DNA of 64,000 bases, from NCBI GenBank assembly GCA_951406725.2, contig OX597816.1, positions 125,116,001 to 125,180,000 of the forward strand. The letters are read 5' to 3'. Every line of letters starts with the position of its first letter. Position 1 is the first letter of the stretch. Source of the stretch: Octopus vulgaris (Eukaryota). Under the pieces are notes generated by a model that ran no database searches, was not told where the DNA came from, and was given only the letters and a program-made list of their open reading frames with translations. The position numbers were made by a program, and so were the translations under genes. Shown here in pieces: positions 1-12,747 of this stretch.

Positions 1-690
1 TGCTCTCCCGAGAACTTTTCAAGTAAAATCTATTATCCATTTCATATCTAGTCTATGTACATGAAACATGCAAAAATACTTCAGGACACTGAAGTTTGGG
101 GAATCATTATTTATTTGATGCATAGTTCTTTGAAAAATAAATCATTTAGTGTGTAGTCTGCAATACGTTAACTTGTTTTGCCTTACCTATATTCCATGTA
201 CAATATTCAACATAACAGGAATTAAAAATTACTACACCTTACTATAAAATAGCATCATGGGCACTGTAAAAAGTTTGTTACTATGAGATAAAAAATAAAT
301 TAGAAGAATGTGGAAAATCAATAACAAAAGCTAATAAAAATATACGAAATTTGAGAAATGATTAAAAAGTGTGTAAAATATGGAACATTTGACAATATTT
401 TTCAAAAATAAATTGTTAAATAATAGATCATTTGACAGACAAATAAATTATGAAACACAGCCATTTCTTTTTCACTTTTCCCCTCAGACAATATTTATTA
501 TGGACAATAGTAATAAATAGTACTACATGTACGGCGAAATATTCTTACTTTTAAAAATGATGAAAAGTGATTGCAAAATAATTCATAAATTTAAAACTAT
601 ATAAGTACAAATGCATTTGGAATGCAAAAAAGTATTTTCGATCGTTTGTTATTCAGTTTCTACCCACAGATAAGATATGTGAAGTCGCAA

Positions 691-2690
691 TTATTGATAT
701 TTCAGCTTAGGTTTAAAGATGATTATATGCCTTTGAAAAGCAACGAAAATCATGTTACGGTAAACTAGGAAAATTGAAAAAACTGAAGACAGTTTGCAGT
801 AGCAATAACAAACTCGAAGATCTCGTGTCATGCCGATCAAATACATTTCTACTTATGAAAAAACATCTGTATTCTAAACTTCACGAAATCTCATTTTGAT
901 GTACTTCATTAGTCCATTTTCTAAGTTGTATAACATTTTGTCAGTTGGTTTAGTATCAGTATGAATGCTTGTATATGTGGCCATCTGAAAGAGATGAGTG
1001 TGATAAGAACAACGACCTCTGACAGACAAAAATTTTATAAAATTCAAACAAAACGTAACAGATAGTACAAATGAAAACCATATTATTTGATCCGCGGTTA
1101 AATAGAGAATTCATACTCTGGATTTAATTTTTTAAATACAACAGAATATACAAAATTCATCAGCAGAGAGATAAACTAATTATAACATATAATGAATGGT
1201 TACAATGTACACACATAATTGGACATGACTACAAAGCTAAACTGAATTGTTATCATGGGCTACAAATGAATATGCGTCAATATTGAGGCATATTTTGCAG
1301 CTATAATTTACTGTCCAAAGCTTACCTACAGAAGCACGCCTGAGTAACATTTATTAGTATATACACAATATCTAAAGAAAAAATAACCATGTTCTGAAAG
1401 TAATTTTGGTCTTAACAAACTAGACAGTATAAACAAATAACTAAATATTTATAATATACAAATGTTAATAAAGCAAAATCTATTTCAACAATAAACAGTA
1501 AACCTCCACACGAAAGGAGGCACAGCGCAAAAGGCAGTCGCTAAAACTCAATGAAAAGCAATTGCACTTCATTTCAAAGCATATATTTTTCAAATGAGAA
1601 GCGATTTTATTAACGTAAAAGTGAAATATAAAAACGAAATGCAATATCATCAGTAAAATAAACAAATTATATATGTGGGTGAATTAAGGCAATGTGTAGA
1701 ATACAAAAGGAATACAATCATAAGAAGTAATAGTGAGTCAAGAAGTAATCCATACACTACAATACGCAAAACAAGTTTCAGACACTCTTGGAAGCAATTT
1801 CTATACTTCTGATTAGAATATATAACTGATACACTCGTGTACTTAAAATCGTATGCAATAAGGAAAATTTGTCATTTGTGTTTTGTTTAATCCGTGTTTG
1901 TGGAGACTGTTAAAATCTAGTAATTCATATATCGCATGACTAGTACTAAATTTATGTAAGTCAAATTCATTGAATACGCCTACCAAATCATCCCTAAATC
2001 TATTCATGACGAGATGTTTTTTTATATTGAGTGACATTATCAGATCATTATCTTTGTACATATCTGAGAATTTTAAGTAGGCTACTATTCGAATCGTGTC
2101 GAAAGATGAGTAAAACCATAAAATCGGCCTAATCCTAATGAGCTGTTTGCTGAAGACCAGAGACTGCATGGAGATCTTATATTGATATAGGATAGAAATC
2201 TACAACATTAAACTTGGTAAATCTGTGGGTTGCTATAATTATCCTGAAAAGAAAACACCAGATGCAGATTCATTACTGTTACCTTGATATCTCATTACGC
2301 ATCAAATTTTGGGAGAAATTATATCAAAGATGCACTTCCAAACCATTTCCAAGTTACTTTTATGGGAGTTTATTAGCCTACACTCAGATCTGGTGAGTTG
2401 GCGTTATGGTCCCTATGTATGATGTTGTCAAAGCAACCTTCTATTTTTAGTACGATTTACAAGTTTCTATGCCACAAAATTTATGATTTTGTACGTTAGA
2501 TGTTTGTCTATAAAATATTGATTATTCAAAATCTAGTTTGCATTGAGATGCATATTTTTCGGTGTTATATTCATTTTGTCCGAATGTAAATGGTACTTGT
2601 GCATTTTTCATATATTCAATAATTTTAGTGTTTGGTTTGTCACAATAGTGTTGCAAATTCGTATATTTTTATGAGACATACGCGGCTAAA
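691..2690 (-). pseudogene. Decayed class-B (adhesion GPCR / Methuselah-like) 7TM receptor, apparently intronless
   Basis: Hand translation across frameshifts and stops gives motifs in the expected order. Cys-containing ectodomain piece LQHYCDKP...QVPFTFGQNEYNTEKYASQC (~2540-2670). TM1-like LVLRIVVYGLLLDSLLLLMIVFLLYS (~1700-1776). TM3-like KNICFEM/SAIAFH*VLATAFCAV (~1505-1590). Loop LNPEYE. TM5-like GFHLYYLLRFV*IL*NF. TM6-like LIGMT/IFEFVIA (~790-840; cf. GxTWxFGF). TM7-like YRNMIFVAFQRHIIIF (~715-770; cf. xxLQGxxIF). Confidence 0.55.
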
Positions 2691-2995
2691 TTGAAAATGC
2701 TTTCTATTTGAGGAAACACTTTAATGTATTGAATTCATATATACCTTGGTTTTTCAGACAGTAGGCTCCTGCCCTTAGAAACAAACAGCTTCTAACTCAT
2801 TCGCCTGATTACGATTTCGGCTCCCATGATAAACTTCTTGAAACAGAACTTCCCTGATGGCCAATTCGTTAACCAATGAATTGAGAATGGAGTAATTCTC
2901 TGCACGGTATTCCCAGTGCTCAGTTTGGAAATAGGGTCCAATTAAAATTATGCAAAAAGAAAGAATGCACTCTAAATCTCGGTTGTATCATTGCT

Positions 2996-3054
<59 letters not shown>

Positions 3055-3480
3055 TATATAATTAGGGTTCAGTAAAATAATTTACTTTACCACACACCGA
3101 ACTTTTAGAAATAGCAGCCAAAAAATCTTAGCTATTTCTTCTACTATAAGAAAAATCTCCCAGACAATGCATACTCAAAAATAATTCACACAGACATAGA
3201 GGGAAAAATAACGAAAGATCACACGTACATAAGATTACTTGAGAACGGCCGTTTCTGGATTAGTTGAATATAAAGATCAACATTTCCATCGTCAGCTCAA
3301 AGATTTCTTTCGATTTGGATTTGAGAGCACTAACAATCGAACATACCCGTCTGATATGAGTAATCCCAGACAAAGGTGGTTTAGTAGGCTATATCATGCG
3401 TAGAGAACATTAAATATAAAATAACAGCAATAGTTCTTTTGGATTGTTAGGTAAGAAATAATGAATTACTCTTTAATATC
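3055..3480 (-). mobile_element. Penelope-like pLTR-derived cassette abutting (TA)n, carrying a hammerhead
   Basis: Starts at the (TA)n at 2998-3049. Its first ~130 bp (taattagggttca...tactttaccacacaccgaacttttagaaatag) recur at 55144-55272, also next to (TA)n. Contains the hammerhead at 3239-3300. Right boundary approximate. Confidence 0.6.
3239..3300 (-). ncRNA. Minimal type I hammerhead ribozyme (intact core)
   Basis: Minus strand reads UUGAG-CUGACGA-UGGA...UCCA-GAAA-C-GGCC-GUU-CUCAA. Stem I is 5 bp perfect. Stem II is UGGA/UCCA with inner GUUGA/UCAAC. Stem III is the palindrome ACGGCCGU. Cleavage triplet GUU. Confidence 0.85.
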
Positions 3481-3825
3481 TATATTTTAAGCAGTAAAAT
3501 AACGAGAGGCAGAGATAAATTACACATCCATTTAGTACTAATGAAATATTTCTGAGGAAGTAATTCACTCTGTTTGTTATTTATATATATTTAATGTTCT
3601 ACCTACCTTCTATAACACACACAGACTTTTTCAAATATTCTTCTTTAGTGAAAACAAATGTCTATCTAACTAACTGTCTATCTATCTTACTACCTGTCTG
3701 TCTATCCAACTATGTATGTATGTATCTATCCGTGTGTGTATGTATATATATATATTATTATTTAAATCTAAATATATAATTTAATAAATGTGTGTGGGTG
3801 TATGTGTGTGTGTGTGTGTCTATAT

Positions 3826-4258
3826 ATATATTATGTAAGAGATCGTGGGTAAGGCCAAAACAATGCGAAGTAAATACAAGGTAAATCACAAGCAAACAAA
3901 TGTGTATTAATGTAGACTTATCTGGTATTCAATATTACGGAGTTATGACCCCATTTTCAAGAAATTGACGAATGTTGCCGATGTGCGTGTGTGTGAGCGT
4001 GTGTGGAGTAGACATGCGCAGAAGGGTGTTACAAGAAGCTATCTGGCTGCTATAGCAAGATCTTTCTGCGCATGTCCAGTCCACACTCGCTCACACACAC
4101 GTACATCAACATTCATCAATATCTTAAAAATGGGGTCATAACCCCGAAATATTAACTACAATGTAAGCGTACATTAATTCACATATTTCTTTTCTTGTGA
4201 TTTACCTTGCATTTACATCGCATTATTTTGGCCTTCCCCACGATTTTATACAATATAT
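3826..4258. repeat. Long foldback (palindromic) element, ~200-bp imperfect arms
   Basis: Outer pair tcgtgggtaaggccaaaacaatgcgaagtaaatacaaggtaaatcacaag / cttgtgatttaccttgcatttacatcgcattattttggccttccccacga. Inner pair gacatgcgcagaag (4011) / tttctgcgcatgtc (~4076). Spacer ~35 nt. Flanked by TA-rich repeats. Confidence 0.85.
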
Positions 4259-4914
4259 TCTACACAATGCTTCATAGTAATTATTCCATTATATATATAT
4301 ATATATATTTATATATAGAGAGAGAGACAGAGAGACAGAGACAGTCAGACAGACAGAAAGACAGACATACAGGCAGAGACGGACAGACAGACAGATAGAT
4401 AGATTATCATTATCTTCATTATTATTATTATTATTATTATTTAAAACTATTGGGTTCGGTTCCAATCAAACTTAAGCTTTGCAGGCTTCCTTTACAGAAA
4501 CGTAACTCATTCAGGCTCAGTTAAGCGAATGGAGAGGTAGAGAAAACTCACGATAAATACTGGAAACTATGCTGCTGGTGATCATGTAGTCTCACATGGT
4601 ACTTCTAGAGTTGATTTAGGTGTATCAGTGTCACCAGCTGCATTAGAAAGGATAATCCCGTGGACCACGTTGCTGCGCAGGAATCTGGTGGCGCCTTGGT
4701 GTCTGGCTAGCTTTTAAAGAGACTAAGGGGACATGAATCTGTGTGGGCGCTCGTGTGCTCGAATGTTTAGCTATGTATATCAGCCACGTGTTTGTTATTA
4801 GTAGTATGTGTGTGTATGCGTGTGTATTTATGTGTATGTGTGTGTGGGAATGCGTGTGCTATAGTGTCTGCCGTATACGTGCAGGGACGTATTTTGAGAT
4901 GAATGTGCGGCGTA

Positions 4915-5020
4915 CGTACAACATGAAATAAGAAATACGAAAACATGGAATACGAACATTTTTGCGAACAACGAAAGAAACAAATGGAAAACAATACAAG
5001 TAACATAAAGAACAGCGCTT
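4915..5020. repeat. Partial copy of the 7790-8580 foldback family
   Basis: gaaatacgaaaaca...caacgaaagaaacaaatggaaaacaatacaagtaacataaagaac matches ~7820-7895. Confidence 0.65.
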
Positions 5021-5229
5021 TAATAATATATATATATATATATACAAATTATGCGTATATTTATAAATGTATGCATATATATATATATCTACCAATGTTC
5101 AGTCATGTGTATGTGCGAGCGTACAGGCTAATGAGGATCCTCTTATTTATTCTTAGATATATTTTTACGTGTCTGTGTGTTTGTGTCTGTGTGCATGCGT
5201 GTATGTGTGCATGTGTCCTTTTTCTACTT

Positions 5230-6243
5230 GTGTTCATTGTTCTAACGTGACCTATTTCGTGACATATTGACGACCTTTGCTCTACTATCAGTGCCTTCCA
5301 ATAACTCATTTAATTTGGAAGATCGTAGACTACCTTGTATGCCTTTCTATAAGACATCTCTCGATTAAAGAATTTTACTGCCTTTCTACGTACGTCCTCT
5401 CTGCCTCTCCAGCTAGCAATCTTTTCTCTCTTTTTCTCCTTTTTCTACTTACTTGCTACTTACCTGCCCCCACACGTACACACTTCTATTTTATGCATTT
5501 CTCTGTTAATAACTAACATTTTCATTTTATTTGTTTTGATCTTTGATTTACCTTTTCTATTTTTTCGGTGGCTAGCTTGTTGACACTTGGTTTCCTTCCT
5601 TCTACAACGTCAACTTCGTTGCGGCCCGAAGACTAGCTAAGCTGCGTATGTATCGAACTTAAGATAGCTATTAATTGTAGCTATTATTCATGTTCCACTT
5701 CTTATACTTCATACATATACATACAAACATATATATATATATATATATATATGTACACGCATATACACACTCATTCACGCACACGCACACACATGCATAC
5801 GCATGTATGTATGTATGTACGTGTGTATGTGCGTATGTATGTATGTATGTATGCATGTATGCATGTATGTATGTATGTATGTATGTATGTATGTATGTAT
5901 GTATGTATGTATGTATGTATGTATGCTTGTATGTATGTATCCAACATTTATAAGGAATGGAATGCGAAATAATATAGGCTACATATACATTATTTACATT
6001 ATTTACATTTGATGGATATTATCATTCAGGTCACTGCCTGAAATCGAACTCGGAATCATTGGGGTTAGTAGCTCGCGTTCTTACCCACTATGTCATATGC
6101 GCGTGGGCATAGAAACATACATACATACATACATACATACATACATACATACATACATACATACATACATGCCTGTAGGCATATGGCGTAGTGGTTAAGA
6201 GCGCAGGCTACTGACCCCAAGATTTTGAGTTCGATTATTCCTA

Positions 6244-6312
<69 letters not shown>

Positions 6313-7090
6313 ACAATCAATGACATTGGGCACTTGCCTTTACATATATAAATAGATAGATATGTTCATTACTATCGATGTGTGTATGCGTGAATATATA
6401 CGCGTGTATATTAATATTTGTGTATATATGTGTGTATGTGTATTGTATATGAATGTATATGTACACGTGTGTGTACGCATATAATATTACTCATTTTCCT
6501 GACATATATCTTTGAGTACGTGTGTGTATGTTTATGAGTATCCACTTGTTTATCTATTCTGATATATAGTTATGCGTATATATGTATCTCTGTGGATGTG
6601 TTCTGTGTCTATGTATATATATGTGTGATTGTGTATCAGTTTCCTTTGATCTAACGGGACCTGATGACCTTAAACCCACTATCAATATCTCTCAATCAAT
6701 TATCCAATTAAACGTCTACATCCTAACAGTCTGCATCAGTCTGACTCTTATATCCTCTAATAAGACGTTTACTGCTTCCTTACATACCCACTCTGTTACC
6801 CTACTGATAACACGTTTTTCTTCTTTCCCTTTTCTTCTCACTTATTGACTACAAAACCACATCCACTCTATGCCTTTTTTAAGTGCTTCCCTTGCACTAA
6901 AACATTCATTGGTCATCTTAATTTATTTGTTCTGGGGGAGGAGGTTGACTTTAGTGTTCTCAACTGGATATTAGTTGGTGGCAAGCCTGGTGACTGTTTA
7001 CTTCTTGCGGTGATGTAAACTTCGTTGTGGCCATTTAGGTTTGATGACTCTGCTAGCTACCTACTGCTTGAAGTTCACTAACTTTCTACA
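5230..7090 (+). repeat. Two diverged copies of an unclassified ~440-bp repeat (5230-5670 and 6640-7090)
   Basis: Shared anchors in the same order: tctaacg(t/g)gacct, gacctt...ctatca, a pyrimidine-rich middle, ggtggc(t/a)agc(t/c)tg(t/g)tgac, aacttcgttg(c/t)ggcc. Confidence 0.5.
5990..6310. mobile_element. Head-to-head pair of tRNA-headed element copies (minus 5990-6110, plus 6169-6310)
   Basis: Plus copy has A-box tggcgtagtgg, B-box-like gagttcgatt, then (AAT)n. Minus copy has the same head joined directly to the element tail (aatatccatcaaatgtaaataatgtaaat). The two are separated by (ATAC)n. Same family as 43173-43485. Confidence 0.75.
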
Positions 7091-7139
7091 CTTGGATACT
7101 AGGACCATACGTACCTGCATATATATACATACAAACAAA

Positions 7140-7288
<149 letters not shown>

Positions 7289-7488
7289 GAGTAATGATAA
7301 GATCCAAGGATGAAGGTGAAGGAAAATAGTAAGATTCGAGCAGTCCGTAAAAGTTATAATAAACAACTTTCAGAACAATACGGGTTCATTGATGTTGAAG
7401 TTGTAACATTTTCCTGTATTGAAGTTGGATAAGCTGAAAAACTCGTTATATATCTTGCGGTTAGCACCAAAAGTTACTGTGTATGCGA

Positions 7489-7620
7489 ATAGAAATCCCG
7501 GCTACATGTTTCATAGCTAGCAGAACCTTGGAAGTAGTAATTGTCCCTCGTTTTGATAATTACTTAATTACTACTTCCAAAGTTCTACTAGCTATGAAAC
7601 ATTTGTAGCCTGGATTTTAT
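7489..7620. repeat. Inverted repeat, ~53-bp arms, ~23-nt spacer
   Basis: aaatcccggctacatgtttcatagctagcagaaccttggaagtagtaatt vs aattactacttccaaagttctactagctatgaaacatttgtagcctggatttt, inside a ~330-bp cassette between (TA)n tracts. Confidence 0.85.
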
Positions 7621-7662
7621 CTACTCCATTCCATAAATTTGTATATATATATATCTATATAT

Positions 7663-7765
<103 letters not shown>

Positions 7766-7789
7766 CGCATACACATATGCATATATGGG

Positions 7790-8580
7790 TACAGGATGTC
7801 ACCAACAGTAAACAACTTGAAATACGAAAACATATGAGTTCAATACATAGACAACGAGAGAAAAAATGGAAAACAGGACAAGTAACATAAAGAACGACAC
7901 TTCATCCGTTCTCGGTTGTCTATCTACTCCTTATTTGGAGCATTGAACGACAATATGGGTCTTCCAAAAAAAGAAAGATGATCCAGTGAAGAAACGAATG
8001 ATGGGCGATCGTCACGTGTGAGCAACGAGAGAGAGGAGGAAAAAGAGATGAGAGAGCGCAGGAGAAAGAGGGGAGAGAGAGCAGGAGAAAGAGGGGAGAA
8101 AGAGGAGGAGAAAGAGGGGGAGAGAGTAGGAGAAAGAGGGGAGAGAGAGCAGGAGATGGAGGGGAGAGAGCACGAGAAAAAGAGAGAGAGAAAGAGATTG
8201 AAAACGATGAAAGAAAAAAAGGAGAATTACAGAAAGACTGTCCTAAGAACTAGACGTATCCTATCTCTCTCCTCTGTCTTTTCTCTTGTCAAGAAAATAT
8301 TTCTCCAGCGTTCGCTATTTTTCGCTCGTCTGGCCTAACGACCCTCCATGTTTGTTTTCATTCGATTTCCTTGTATGCTTCCACTGTCGTGTTTTTGTTC
8401 CCATCTTTGACCCTCCATAAATCTCAAATATTACTTTGGTACTGTCTTCGAAGACTGATATTGTCGTTGAATGCTCGAAAATAGATAGACAGTCAACACC
8501 TGATGAAGGATCGTTCTTTGTTACGTGTCCTGTTTTCCATTTGTTTCTCTCGTCTTCTGCGTATTGAACTCATATATGCA
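7790..8580. mobile_element. Foldback element with ~130-bp inverted arms (7831-7964 / 8450-8575) and a GA-rich spacer, probably Penelope-derived
   Basis: Arms align end to end (atatgagttcaatac...atggaaaacaggaca...gagcatt.aacgacaatat..gtcttc). The right arm contains GAAA (8477) and CTGATGA (8500). Embedded in TA-rich repeats. Confidence 0.75.
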
Positions 8581-8658
8581 TATGTATCTATCTATATATA
8601 TATATATATATATTATATTATTATTTGATTGAACGCCACTCATCCGTTTCCAAGTATA

Positions 8659-8700
<42 letters not shown>

Positions 8701-9006
8701 AATACACTAACAAAACATATATAAAAACAAATAGAAATAAGCACCTATAAATACACAAATATACACACGTATATGCGTGTAAGGAATCCGTACACAAAAA
8801 TTTGCATATACACACAAAACAAGTATACATACATACGCACCTACATATGCTTTATATACACATGTAGACAAAAACATTAAATACATTCATACGCAAACAC
8901 AAAAACGTACAAGTATACACATACATACATACATACATGCGAATGCATATATATGCATATATAAGTATACATACATACATATAGATACATCTAAAAATAC
9001 ACACAC

Positions 9007-9044
<38 letters not shown>

Positions 9045-9159
9045 ATACACATACACACACACACACACGCTCACACACACACATATATATATATATATAT
9101 TCGTACACATACATATAAAATCATGAGCACAAGTGCATAAACATACCCACACAGGCACA

Positions 9160-9295
9160 CATACATACGTACATACATACATACATACATACATACATAC
9201 ATACATACATACATACATACATACATACATACATACATACATACATACATACATACATACATACATACATACATACATACATGCATGCATGCATG
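9160..9295. repeat. (ATAC)n/(ATGT)n tetranucleotide microsatellite (also 5800-5940, 6114-6170, 31425-31475, 41376-41445)
   Basis: Direct reading. Source of the MYVC/HTYI pseudo-ORFs. Confidence 0.95.
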
Positions 9296-9371
9296 CACAT
9301 GCAAAGAATACATACATACACATATACCTAAGCGTGTAATAAGAACTAACAAGAAAATGAAAAAGAGGTGA

Positions 9372-9703
9372 TTACTTAGACAATTTAAGGTTAATGAAGA
9401 AATTCGGACATATGTTTGCAAGTGAAACTACTTCATCTCTCGAATTTAAGATAGAACCGTTCATATTCATAATTATATAAGACTCTTCAAGGCATAAATG
9501 ACACGTTCTATTTCTAATCCTATAAGAGGGAGCAGAAGAAACAATATTCCATGAAATTGAGAAGTTTATATTGTCTCTTTTAAGTTGCCATATTTTCTTC
9601 GATAAACTAGTACTACTTTCTTTCCGAGAATCATTTAAAGATGATTTATGATTATCTAAACGTAATTTAAGAGGGGTCTGCCTGTAACCTATGTAATGAA
9701 ACC
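9372..9703 (-). mobile_element. Penelope-like element, GIY-YIG endonuclease C-terminal fragment
   Basis: YIG...LKLRLDNHKSS...STSLSKKIWQLK...ISWNI...CHLCLEE...LNSRDEVVS matches the Penelope GIY-YIG C-terminus. 5'-truncated at (CA)n. Confidence 0.85.
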
Positions 9704-10405
9704 TGTGTGTATGTGTGTGTGTGTGTGTGTGTGTTTGCATATGTGTGTATGTGTGTATATGTGAGTGTGTGTTTGGGTGTGTGTGTAGTAGTAGTTAGTG
9801 ACGTCAAAATATTTAATAGTATTTTCCTCAATCTCATACAGCTGTCTTACTCCTCCCATATGGTTCTGTGTTTTTTCAGTTAATGATGTAACATATGCCT
9901 TAGACAAGTTACTGGATCATGCCTATTCTAACGAGGGGGTGTATTAAAAGAATAAAAGAATATACCACACATTCCACCGTGTGAATGTAAAAATTACGAT
10001 ATTGGAGTAGACAAAAATTTTATCAATATCAAGCGAATCTCTACTTTAGATTCCATCCTGTCTATGACTTTATACTAACGTTTGGTTGAAATGCTAGCAC
10101 ATTCATTTTGTAGTTATCCAAACGCAGAAAATAAACTTTAAATCTGCAGTATCGTAGATTTGTAAAGGTAAATTCTGTGATATGTAGACACACAGCAAAC
10201 AAAGGAAATTCTGATATATTTAAGTGGGTAAAAATACACTATAGGAAAAAGTTGATATACATAAATGTTTAGAGATTTATAAGTATACAGGCATATAAAC
10301 CCGCACTCTCACACATTGATGTGTGTGTTTGTTTGCATAGCCACATATATCAATATACATACGCATCCATCGATATATGCTTACACACCTGTGTAAGTAT
10401 ATATA

Positions 10406-10464
<59 letters not shown>

Positions 10465-10685
10465 CACATGTTTGTGTGCCTTTGTGTGTGAGGGCGTATC
10501 CCAGAAGGAAGCATTATGAAGTTAATCTTGCTAATAAATTTTTCTCGATAACTATTTCCTTATTTTACACTTTTGTAAAATCAACTTTTTATAGCATTGA
10601 CTATTCCATTTCACGCCTGAAGTAAAATGTATTAGCGATATCAAACAATCAAACTTTCCGTCAACAATTCATTTTGTGCTTTTTT

Positions 10686-10750
<65 letters not shown>

Positions 10751-10947
10751 TTGTGGCTAGGTAACGAAAAGGAAGTTGAGAAAGATATGTGTCAGATAAT
10801 ATAGCATAAGAAATACTGTAATTTCCTTTTGTGTGGGTATAAGACACGCTTTTCTGAACTTCAATAGGTGAAATTATAATGTTTCGAAACCTCAAAGGAT
10901 GGTGTCTAATAAAAGCCCTAGTAGTCAATGCATTGAAGCAATATATT

Positions 10948-10999
<52 letters not shown>

Positions 11000-11905
11000 C
11001 TTATGCATACATATATATGTATATAAATATATATGGCTATGTATATAGATATAAAATTCTATGTATCGATACATATATGTATATATATATATAGACACAC
11101 ACACATACATACATATATATATATATATACAATTATGCATATACCTATATGTATTATATATATCTTATATACATGTATTAGATATATGTATTATGTGTGC
11201 ATACACACACATCTATAAACGAAAAGATTCAACACATGTCTGTTCTCATATATATAGGTGCCACTGTCTGCATGGATTTAATTATATATATATTCATGTG
11301 TGTGTGCGTGAGCGCCCGTTTGTGCGTACAGGTGCATATGTATGTGGATAATTGATTTGCACAAAAGTGAAATTTCAGTATACAATGAAAGATCTTGAAT
11401 ATGAAAAACATCACTATGTCTCTCTCGGTCATTGTCTTCTACACAGACCCACATAACACACACACACATTCGCATATGCACACGCACACATACACTCGGA
11501 TATGCACACCCACACGTAGACACAAACACAGAGGCTCATGTTGACACACACACACATACGCATATATTGAAAGACATTCACGCACGCACACATACTTGTC
11601 TTCCAAATATTTATGAATTCATATTTAACGTGTCATTATACTGAGATTATTTAATATGAAAGACTTAGTGCCTTCTTTCTCACTTTATATGTACTTACAT
11701 GTACATCCGTATATATATACATACATATATGTATATATATATGCATATACATACATATATATATATATATGCATGTAGATGTAGATGATATATATATATA
11801 TATATATATATATAGTGGCCTAGTGCTATACATTAGCAAGTATCATTATAATATGAATCACACGACAGCAAATAAAAATACAAATACAGATTAATCCAGA
11901 TAGTC

Positions 11906-11979
11906 TTGGTGAAGAGCTACAAATGGATTATTGTAAGTAATATACATTTAATTCATTAATAGCGAAACAATTGTCCCAA
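11906..11979 (+). ncRNA. Type I hammerhead motif lacking C3 (probably inactivated)
   Basis: UUGG-[C missing]UGAAGA-GCUA...UAGC-GAAA-C-AAUU-GUC-CCAA. Stem I UUGG/CCAA, stem II GCUA/UAGC, palindromic stem III ACAAUUGU, GUC site. Lies in a ~290-bp cassette between (TA)n tracts. Confidence 0.7.
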
Positions 11980-12101
11980 AATAATCTGTATTTTTGTTAT
12001 TTTATTTGCCCGTCCTATAACGTACCGCCATGGAACATGATTTTCGTGGTTGAACGAAGCTGAGTGATAATATAGTGACCACTCTCTTATATTTATTTTA
12101 T

Positions 12102-12156
<55 letters not shown>

Positions 12157-12636
12157 GTATATATGTATATTATATGTATGAGACGTTTATGCTAAATAAA
12201 TATTTATATTATAACGTAGGATTATGAAGTCTGAGAGAAACTCACAAATATGTAGGCTTCATACTGTGACTATCATTGTCTACTCACTTAATGGTTTCTA
12301 TTATACCATAGCAGCTGACAGATTTCTGTATGCAGATTTACATTAAATTACCATTAAGCTACAAATATAGAGTTACAGGTTATCGCTTTGAATGCGAGTG
12401 AAAATTTTGATGATTTTTCCCTTCTTAATCAGGGAATAGGCCCATTAGTCACAGCAGCGTAAGTCTTCCTTAAATTAAGTATTTGAGACAAACATATAAG
12501 ATGTATGCAATAAGTTTCGCAGTGGCTTTGTGAAGTGGATAAAAATTCGTTTTACATATACACATCTATTCTAATATGTGTATATATGTTTATGCAAACG
12601 TATATTCATATCTGTCTTTAAGTGTATATTTCTCCA

Positions 12637-12719
<83 letters not shown>

Positions 12720-12747
12720 ATAATATGTAACAATTATTCGGTAGCCA

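Noticed and set aside
2800-2910. Calponin-homology-like peptide NFPDGQFVNQ*IENGVILC on the plus strand
   Set aside because: Short, contains an in-frame stop and has no supporting exons, so probably chance.
6176-6240. tRNA gene
   Set aside because: A/B boxes are present but the anticodon and acceptor stems do not pair. It is a repeat head found in several copies.
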